Shown here piece by piece: positions 29,091-35,628 of a stretch of 35,628 nt of DNA. The stretch lies in the NCBI GenBank assembly GCA_947258875.1, contig CAMYKB010000021.1, forward strand, positions 1 through 35,628. Reading direction: 5' to 3'. The translations under genes were made by a program, and so were the position numbers. Origin of the DNA: an uncultured Gammaproteobacteria bacterium. Its GTDB lineage: Bacteria; Pseudomonadota; Gammaproteobacteria; CAMYKB01. The notes beneath the pieces were generated by a model. The model was not told the DNA's origin. It searched no databases and saw only the letters and a list, made by a program, of their open reading frames with translations. How positions within the stretch are numbered: the first letter of the stretch is position 1; each line of letters opens with the position of its first letter.

Positions 29091-30932
29091 TTATTCGCTC
29101 GCCTTACCTGCTTGCGAGCCGATCATGGAACCAAAGTTGCTGGCACCAAGCACAGCTGCTGCCCCCTCGAGGCTGCTGCCTTCGCCGCTGACCTGCACCA
29201 TCGGGACTTTAATGATGTCAGGATTCTCCTGGGCAATCGCCAACACTTCCTTGAGCATTTGCAGTTGTAGCGTGCGATCCTTGCCCAGCACATTGGTCAT
29301 TGCCTGCTGACCTTTGGCAATCTCGATCTGGCGTAGTTTCTCACCTTCACCTTCGAGACGTGCACGCTCCTTGGCAAACTCGGCAGCCTTACGTTCGATC
29401 TCCGCCTGCACCAGGATCTGTTGCTTATTGGCGGTCTCGCGCTGCTTCTCTACTTCGATGCGCTCCTGCTGTGCTTCGCGTTCGCGCTGGTAAGTCAGCG
29501 TTAACTGGTCGGCCAGTTGCTTACGTAAGCGCGCGACCAGCAACTCGGGGGGTATAGCAGGTTCACCCATACGCACCTCCTGAATAGCAAAGCCTGCCTT
29601 GGCGGCTTCTTTCGCTATCGCCAGCTCAACCTGATCGGTAATCTCCTCACGTTTCTCGATGAAATCGAGCACGCGACGCTCCGTACACACTTCCACCAAG
29701 CCGCTATCACTGACTTCCGTTTCGACGACCTCGGCATCGGCGGCACTGTTTTCCTGCATACCATCTTTGCTCGCCAGCTCACGCGGTAGCATTTCACAGG
29801 ACTTGGTACCGCCAATGGTACGCAGGATGTCGCGAATCGCGGGTGTCACAATGTTATCTTCAACACGCTGCAAGTCACCCACTGAGGCCACCACACGCGG
29901 CGCATCTTTTGGATGTACCTGGCCTACCACCCGCATTTCCACCGGCACGGTCCAGCCCTGCACGCGCACATTAATCGCACGATCAGCCGCATTCTTCGGC
30001 ACCGGGATTTCGCGCTTGGTTTCCGTCTGCACGATCTTGCCGTCATCGGTTACCTGCAAATCAATCTTGCGCTCGGTGTAATCGCCCTTGTATTGCCAGG
30101 TCTGCAGTCGCGTTGAAATCAGTGTCGGCACATAGGCCTTGGCATTAAGATAATAACGCCCAGGTGACAGCGCCTTTACCCACACACCAATACAGCCTTC
30201 GGACACGATCGGGGTCGCAGTTTTACCATCAACAACACCCTTGACATCAATCACGTCGGCGCACGAGGCAGCCGTTTGTACGTTAGAGCGAATTACTGCA
30301 ACCGAACCTGTCGGCACATCCAACGCCGGCATATTCTTAACGGAATACAGGTATTGATTCAAACGATATTTACCCGGACCTAACACCGACAACTGTGGAC
30401 CTTTCTGGCCCTGGCCTTCGGTAAGAAAGTATCGGGCCTCCATCATCTTGTCGAAGTTTCCATCAGGCCATTTATCGGACAGGAACTGGCTATCGCGTAG
30501 CGGCCTACCGTCTCGGGCAAACACGAAACCATAATGTCCCTCGGGGACGTTAATTGTCGGTAGGTATTCAATGTCATATATGACACGAATGAAGGGCCGG
30601 AAATGGAAACCCGGTGGCAGGATCTCGGCCTGCGGACCTTTCTCGCCTTCGGCGGCGATAATCGCACCCGGCCGCAAGTCTTTACCGAAATAGATCTTCT
30701 TCAAGTGGCCGACATCATCGGCGCCCACGATCACAAAAGACCGCGTGATCAACAAAAACATGCCGATGAGCATGATCGCCGGCGCGATGAACTTGCTATA
30801 GGTATCTAAGAACCTGCCAAATGGCCCGCCGATTGGCACCAGGGCACCGCCATCCGCCGACACCCGCGCCCGGCGCACTAGCAGGAAGATACCCAGAATG
30901 ATCAGAACCAGTGAGAGTATTGCTCCACGCAT
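29091..30932 (-). CDS. SPFH/band-7 flotillin-like membrane protein (YqiK type)
   Basis: N-terminal TM helices and a central SPFH domain. It has a long Glu/Arg/Ala/Gln-rich coiled-coil (EREAQQERIEVEKQRETANKQQ...) and a Gly/Ser/Ala-rich C-terminus. The start is placed at the ATG at 30932, with GGAGG 8 nt upstream. The track GTG at 30941 is 3 codons further upstream. Confidence 0.85.
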   Translation of the reverse strand: MRGAILSLVLIILGIFLLVRRARVSADGGALVPIGGPFGRFLDTYSKFIAPAIMLIGMFLLITRSFVIVGADDVGHLKKIYFGKDLRPGAIIAAEGEKGPQAEILPPGFHFRPFIRVIYDIEYLPTINVPEGHYGFVFARDGRPLRDSQFLSDKWPDGNFDKMMEARYFLTEGQGQKGPQLSVLGPGKYRLNQYLYSVKNMPALDVPTGSVAVIRSNVQTAASCADVIDVKGVVDGKTATPIVSEGCIGVWVKALSPGRYYLNAKAYVPTLISTRLQTWQYKGDYTERKIDLQVTDDGKIVQTETKREIPVPKNAADRAINVRVQGWTVPVEMRVVGQVHPKDAPRVVASVGDLQRVEDNIVTPAIRDILRTIGGTKSCEMLPRELASKDGMQENSAADAEVVETEVSDSGLVEVCTERRVLDFIEKREEITDQVELAIAKEAAKAGFAIQEVRMGEPAIPPELLVARLRKQLADQLTLTYQREREAQQERIEVEKQRETANKQQILVQAEIERKAAEFAKERARLEGEGEKLRQIEIAKGQQAMTNVLGKDRTLQLQMLKEVLAIAQENPDIIKVPMVQVSGEGSSLEGAAAVLGASNFGSMIGSQAGKASE

Positions 30933-30989
30933 ATCACACACCTCCGTTTATGTTGCGTTTATTGTTTGTATGTACTATATGTATGATTA

Positions 30990-31009
30990 ATGTCACATTT
31001 ATGTGACAT
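30990..31009. promoter_or_regulatory. perfect 20-bp palindromic operator candidate in a divergent promoter region
   Basis: ATGTCACA-TTTA-TGTGACAT has 8-bp perfect inverted arms with a 4-bp spacer. It sits in a 128-bp AT-rich gap between the divergent SPFH gene and the DUF6471-like gene. A related half-site, ATGACACAT, occurs at about 31053. Confidence 0.5.
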
Positions 31010-31069
31010 AATTCCTGATAATATTATAAATCACCTCAATATGCAACATATATGACACATTAATTACTA

Positions 31070-31336
31070 ATGAGCAACATTAATCATAAGAGTGAGGCGC
31101 CCCGCCCGAAAACCGACTGGGAGCGCAAAGCCCGCGCCCTGGTCCGCAGCGAGATGGTGGTGCGGGATATTTCCTACGAAGAGCTCAGCCGCCGACTGCG
31201 ACTCATTGGTGTAGAGGAGACGCCCTCAAATCTGCGCACCAAGATTAACCGCGGCGCCTTTAAGGCCGCCTTCCTGCTGCAATTCATGAGGGCGCTGGAC
31301 ATCAAGGCGTTAGAACCACGATATGACGGCCTTTAA
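31070..31336 (+). CDS. small DUF6471-like protein (phage/plasmid-associated, possible DNA-binding)
   Basis: 88 aa, basic. The segment NLRTKINRGAFKAAFLLQFMRALDIK resembles the conserved core of DUF6471 as I recall it (xKIxRGxFxxxFxLQxLxAIG). It lies next to the palindrome. There is no clear Shine-Dalgarno. Confidence 0.45.
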   Translation: MSNINHKSEAPRPKTDWERKARALVRSEMVVRDISYEELSRRLRLIGVEETPSNLRTKINRGAFKAAFLLQFMRALDIKALEPRYDGL

Positions 31337-31341
31337 GTAGG

Positions 31342-32217
31342 TTACTCCTGCCTGTTCAGACCTTGGTAGAGCGCAGCAACATAGTTAACCGGCGCGTGCG
31401 CGCTAAAATAATCCGGTACCGGAATATTAATCGCATCGAAATCAAGTCCCCGAATGGCGTTCATGACTTCGAGAAAGTCACTTAACCCTCCATTGCCAGG
31501 CCTGGTCTGGCCCGCCCCAACATTGAGCTCAATCCGCTCACCGGCATGCCTGAACCCAAAGAGCCCTTTTGACGTCGGCAGGCGTGTCACCACGTCACCG
31601 TTATTTACCACGCGATAAACAGGCAAGCCGCCCAGGCTGTCAGCAAACTTTTGTGTGCCAACGCGCGGCGATCCAAAGGTATATAAACCGTGAGGCCGGT
31701 GAAGCGCCGCGGCCAGGGTGGCCAGTGCGCCGCCGAGGCTGTGTCCGGTATAAAAAACCGGGCACTCAAGCCGTTCAAGTTCTTTGCTGACGTCTTGTTT
31801 TATTTTATTAAAGGCATTTAGAAAGCCCAGATGTACCAGGCCTTCACCTTCCCATTTAACCGGTATCGCCGTCAGGTTAGTCAGCCAGTCCCTGGGTTCA
31901 TCGGTTCCGCGGAAAACCAGCACGGCAAACCGCTGTGAACTGGAGTCATCAGATTCCAGCAGTGTAAGTTGTGTGCCCGTTTCATTATGATAATAACGCT
32001 CGACCAGCTCGGCCGCTTGCAGGTAATGGGTGACAGTGACGCGGTTAGCGATATCGGCATCGCAGTACACCCAGCGTGAGAGCTCCGCCATGAACATACC
32101 ATTCGAAGCGTTAAAATTTTTAGTGTTCGCATCAAAGCGCAGCGGTTTATGAAAATTGAAATAAGTTCTCGCGCTACCAGGCGCAAGCAAGGCTTTCCAG
32201 CTATTATCAATCTCCAT
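31342..32217 (-). CDS. class 3 (fungal-type) lipase family alpha/beta hydrolase, no signal peptide
   Basis: GHSLGGALA nucleophilic elbow, a downstream Asp (NNGDVV) and a His region. The overall Lipase_3 topology is present (LVFRGTDEPRDWLTNL). 291 aa. The N-terminus is not hydrophobic. Confidence 0.8.
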   Translation of the reverse strand: MEIDNSWKALLAPGSARTYFNFHKPLRFDANTKNFNASNGMFMAELSRWVYCDADIANRVTVTHYLQAAELVERYYHNETGTQLTLLESDDSSSQRFAVLVFRGTDEPRDWLTNLTAIPVKWEGEGLVHLGFLNAFNKIKQDVSKELERLECPVFYTGHSLGGALATLAAALHRPHGLYTFGSPRVGTQKFADSLGGLPVYRVVNNGDVVTRLPTSKGLFGFRHAGERIELNVGAGQTRPGNGGLSDFLEVMNAIRGLDFDAINIPVPDYFSAHAPVNYVAALYQGLNRQE

Positions 32218-32321
32218 ATGTGTCAGTGCAGCATGCTGCTTATCGTTTTACGATAGCTGCTATGCAAAGCTAAGCGGCCCTAAGCAGTTAGAGTCTAGGT
32301 GCTTATTACGAGACAATTTAG

Positions 32322-32750
32322 TCAGACTACTTCCCAATCTTCCACATCTCCACTAACTTTACTAAACATTGGGTGAAATTTGATTCTCTTTACCTTTTTT
32401 AACTGGAGATACAACTCAGGATCTCTTTTTTTTAGTTTGCATAATAGATGGGTAAACTCATATATCAATTGTCCATTAGTAACGGATATCTTTCCCATAA
32501 ATCTTTTATTGATGATCTTACTTCTATCGAAATTGTAACCTCTATCGTGAGCCTCATCAGCCACGCATCTTAAATAGCTGGCTATAGCTCCTGTCGGATT
32601 TGACGTATTCTTAAACCGTATCAGTTGCGGATGATTCTTATACCCCCTGGTATTGCCTAGCAATACATTCTGAGCCAGAAGGCCCTCTCTCCAGAGCGCA
32701 ACCAATCCCTTAGAATCTAAATAACCTGGATGTATTGACCAAAGCCGCAT
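32322..32750 (-). CDS. pyrimidine dimer DNA glycosylase / endonuclease V (T4 DenV) family
   Basis: The N-terminus MRLWSIHPGYLDSKGLVALWREGLLAQNVL matches the Pyr_excise (DenV) family N-terminal catalytic region (N-terminal amine nucleophile, Glu in REGL). 142 aa. About 35% GC. Confidence 0.7.
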   Translation of the reverse strand: MRLWSIHPGYLDSKGLVALWREGLLAQNVLLGNTRGYKNHPQLIRFKNTSNPTGAIASYLRCVADEAHDRGYNFDRSKIINKRFMGKISVTNGQLIYEFTHLLCKLKKRDPELYLQLKKVKRIKFHPMFSKVSGDVEDWEVV

Positions 32751-33096
32751 GTTTATTCTTTTGCAATAACATTCTTATACATTGACTTATTACCGTGCAG
32801 CTAGAAATACCAGTCAGAGGACATTCCTATATCAGTCAAATATGAGCCATCTATTTTGATTTGCTCACCCTGTAAACGAGCGCCATCGCTTTTAGAAAAT
32901 AATAACTGTATGTAAAACTCAGTGTATACGTTTCTGTCTCTTACAGCAGCTTATATGCTACCTTCCCGCTATCAGAACGGAATGTTATTCGTGGCGACAA
33001 CTAATGGCTAAGATATCGAAATAATTTATGTAGCTACCGGCCAAAGGAGAGCAGGTCCGGCACTATCACATGATAGCGTCATTTTGACAGTATTTT

Positions 33097-33402
33097 TTAG
33101 TCCTTTATTTCCTCGATAATGGTTCTCTCTATCGGCAACTGCACATAACCCGTCTCTTCACTCCAGAAAAAGTAATAACCCAGCACCCTGCCCTGATCAT
33201 CCTTACCACTGGTGATTTTTCCGTCCTTCACGGTCCAGGTCTTCACCACTACACCATTATCAACATAGGATACTTTCAGGTCTTCTCCTACCCAGTTATC
33301 AGCCTGCCGGGATAATTTATTCCGCGACTCCTCAGTACAGGCTGCGAGCAGGACGAGCGCCAGCACTGCCGGTATGATTTTTTGCACATATCTCTTCATC
33401 AC
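33097..33402 (-). CDS. small lipoprotein, unknown function
   Basis: Signal peptide with LLAAC lipobox. About 80 mature residues, Gly/Lys/Val-rich, beta-type. Confidence 0.5.
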   Translation of the reverse strand: MMKRYVQKIIPAVLALVLLAACTEESRNKLSRQADNWVGEDLKVSYVDNGVVVKTWTVKDGKITSGKDDQGRVLGYYFFWSEETGYVQLPIERTIIEEIKD

Positions 33403-33463
33403 AACCAGATCCTTTTTTAAAATCCAGATTACAGGGAATATATCATAAGCAGTTCTTTAACAA

Positions 33464-33736
33464 TCATGCCGTCACCAGCGTCCATATCCCGATGCCGACA
33501 AACCCCGCACCAGCGATATAGTGTAAATATTTTTCGCTCACGTAGTGTGAAATCACGCCGCCCGCCATAACACCGATAGCCGAGGCCACAATCAGGGCAA
33601 GTGAAGCACCAAAAAACACCGTGAGCTTGCTTACCTCCTTGTCAGCCGCGAACAGCATCGTAGCTAACTGTGTTTTATCGCCAAGCTCCGCAATAAAAAC
33701 GACGACAAAGACCGTTGCCAATACTTTTAAATCCAC
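33464..33736 (-). CDS. single-repeat UPF0016 (GDT1/TMEM165/MneA family) half-size membrane protein
   Basis: 90 aa with three TM helices. There is a single ELGDKTQLAT signature (E-x-G-D-K-T) in TM1. It has a GTG start with a GAGAGG Shine-Dalgarno. No second half-gene is adjacent. Confidence 0.7.
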   Translation of the reverse strand: MDLKVLATVFVVVFIAELGDKTQLATMLFAADKEVSKLTVFFGASLALIVASAIGVMAGGVISHYVSEKYLHYIAGAGFVGIGIWTLVTA

Positions 33737-33876
33737 TGGTCAGTTACCTCTCAGCTTTCTGCCTTTTAAGTTTATTGGCACATGAGCGCCTATAATGCCA
33801 GATATTAATACCCGGCTAGCCGTAGCCGGGATAGGCGTCGCGTCCCCAAGAAAGCCCGAGTGTGAAGCCTACTGGT

Positions 33877-34386
33877 TTATTGGATTTGGGCAACACCTAT
33901 CACATAGTTTTTACCATAAACCTTGGCGCATTTGGGGCAGGTGGTATAAAAGAAGTAGGCCTTATCCATTTTATTACCTTTCTCAGTTACATATTTATCC
34001 ATTTCCTCCTGCCACCTGGGTACTTTTTTATACGGCCCCTCAAACACCTTCGTCAAATAATCACCCGTCATATGTACCATTTCCATTCCTGGCACATCCC
34101 TGGTAACCGAGAAGTAATGTTCGCCCGTCCACGCGGAAAGGTCATGAGATAAAACGATAAAATCGTCTTCACTTTGTGCGCCTGCATTTTCGATCGCTTT
34201 TAAGGTTTCAGGGAAAACCGAGCCCATATTGAGTGGGATGTGGAACAGGCTTCTTGTTTTGGCCCTGATAAACGGCTTTTCTTTAAAATGAAGTTCCTGC
34301 TCATCCCAGCCTTCTGGCTTGAATCTGGGGCAGCAGTTTGTAGGGTTGTCGCTCATATCGTACTTAGGTAAAGCATTCGTTTCCAT
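33877..34386 (-). CDS. hypothetical cytoplasmic protein with Cys motifs (CCP...TCPKC)
   Basis: Strong AAGGAGG Shine-Dalgarno 4 nt upstream of the ATG. 169 aa. The N-terminal CCPRF and C-terminal YTTCPKCAK motifs suggest a metal site. No family assigned. Confidence 0.55.
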   Translation of the reverse strand: METNALPKYDMSDNPTNCCPRFKPEGWDEQELHFKEKPFIRAKTRSLFHIPLNMGSVFPETLKAIENAGAQSEDDFIVLSHDLSAWTGEHYFSVTRDVPGMEMVHMTGDYLTKVFEGPYKKVPRWQEEMDKYVTEKGNKMDKAYFFYTTCPKCAKVYGKNYVIGVAQIQ

Positions 34387-34992
34387 ATTTCCTCCTTAGC
34401 ATGAGTCAATATGTTCAAATTCTAACAAATGGTAATTATCGGAAATTAGCTGAGCAGGTAGTTGGGTTTATATAAGGCACTTATGCTAGCTCCAGTAGTG
34501 TGCCGCGCCGATCAGCAAAAACTGCCCGCGCATCTTTCAACGACACCGGCTGTGAGCCTTTACTACTATTGTAGCCTAATATAGTCGAAAACCAATCCGG
34601 CACTTTCAACCAGGTTTTATGTGATATTCAAGCTCTCTTCATATTGTAAAAGCCGAAATCTAAATTCTAATAAATTAACCTGATTACGTTTAGCAACAAT
34701 TAATGCCGAAAATAAGGTTCTTCATATCCGTTCACAATTTATATGTGACGGTGTAGTTATGCGCATGCTTGCTTGATAATGTTTCAGTGCCACATTCATT
34801 TTCTAGAATGCCGCATACCTTGATTGCTTCCCACAACCTATATAGGGCGTGAACTTAATTCTTTGTATTCAAGTTAAGCCCACCCATCCTTTTGCCTAGT
34901 AACGCCTACAATAACCGACGTTGGGTATGAGCGTGCGGCGCCGAAAGCGCGTAGTTGATTTGATTGTTATAAGGTTTCTTTATCATGTGAAT

Positions 34993-35370
34993 TTACTTTG
35001 TGACTATACTTAGTATCCCCAATATAGAAACCGTGGCAAATAGTGATGTAGATGGAAAACGGAAAGGATTTATATTTCCTTTCATAGCTACCACTGCACT
35101 TAGGATAGCAAAAGACACATTTAATATACTTAGAAATACTATTAATTCTATTTTCTCCGAGTTAATAGCAACATATGCGTATGCGCCTCCCATAAAAAAA
35201 GTGTAAATCGTTGTAACGTGCCAACAATAATAATTAAGCCACTTTGATGCTTTGGGTAGATTATTATTCGCCAGCAATGGTACCGCGACACGCGGCCCAC
35301 CTACAAAAGTGTGAACAGCGAAAGTAACTACACTCATGATTGCTGCTGCCCACAATAATGTAACCTGCAT
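34993..35370 (-). CDS. small integral membrane protein (about 4 TM), unknown family
   Basis: 125 aa, four hydrophobic helices, AT-rich codons, weak Shine-Dalgarno. Confidence 0.4.
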   Translation of the reverse strand: MQVTLLWAAAIMSVVTFAVHTFVGGPRVAVPLLANNNLPKASKWLNYYCWHVTTIYTFFMGGAYAYVAINSEKIELIVFLSILNVSFAILSAVVAMKGNINPFRFPSTSLFATVSILGILSIVTK

Positions 35371-35628
35371 AATTTAAACCTTATAACGCTTCAGCCAAGC
35401 CGATATTTGCGAGCGGCTAGCGAGTAAATTGTAGGCTTGAGATTTGTTTTATGCATTACCCACCCCAGTGAAACGAAACATAAAATTTCCCAGCCGTTCT
35501 ATCAAGCCACACACCTAAATCGTGAGAACTATATTCAGAAGTTTTTACAATACTGACCAATTCTAATGTTCTAACATCTGGCCACCAGTCAGGCGCAAAG
35601 CCAGTTGAGTATATATCAGAGTATCTTT

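Overview
This 35.6-kb window is chromosomal DNA from a gammaproteobacterium. Its conserved core recalls the Pseudomonas PA5119-PA5135 and E. coli yibN-grxC-secB-gpsA-trmL neighbourhoods; the organism itself cannot be identified from sequence alone. Three lower-GC accessory patches interrupt that core. The core runs, in order: plsC-like acyltransferase, gmhB, glyS, glyQ (minus strand); a small DUF2007-like gene; glnA with a recognisable sigma54 -24/-12 promoter, an NtrC-type enhancer box and a clean intrinsic terminator; a DUF4124 secreted protein; ntrB and ntrC; bfd-bfr with a Fur-box-like site; an orphan class-1B-like pyrD; trmL; gpsA-secB-grxC-yibN (rhodanese) preceded by an ArsR-family regulator; envC-ctpA-yibQ; a DJ-1/PfpI protein; and cfa. 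Accessory or unusual content is as follows. (i) An AT-rich operon of an orphan PhnD-family periplasmic binding protein and a HAMP-GGDEF-EAL protein (10.1-13.1 kb). (ii) An AT-rich islet carrying a DUF1801-like protein and a PEP-CTERM protein (13.1-15.6 kb). (iii) A co-oriented minus-strand cluster of a flotillin-like SPFH protein, a GST, a receiver::MBL-fold response regulator and a tightly linked unknown ORF (26.7-30.9 kb). No sensor kinase or NfeD partner is present with it, and I consider it the best candidate for an uncharacterised membrane-associated signalling or stress module. (iv) A low-GC island from about 30.9 kb to the window end. It holds a perfect 20-bp palindromic operator, a DUF6471-like small protein, a cytoplasmic class-3 lipase, a T4 endonuclease V-like (DenV) pyrimidine-dimer glycosylase, a lipoprotein, a single-repeat UPF0016/GDT1 half-transporter and unknown proteins, plus roughly 600 bp of ORF-free DNA. 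I found no tRNA, rRNA or CRISPR array and no clear transposase or integrase. Several gene starts were re-derived from Shine-Dalgarno positions and homolog N-termini and differ from the raw ORF track.
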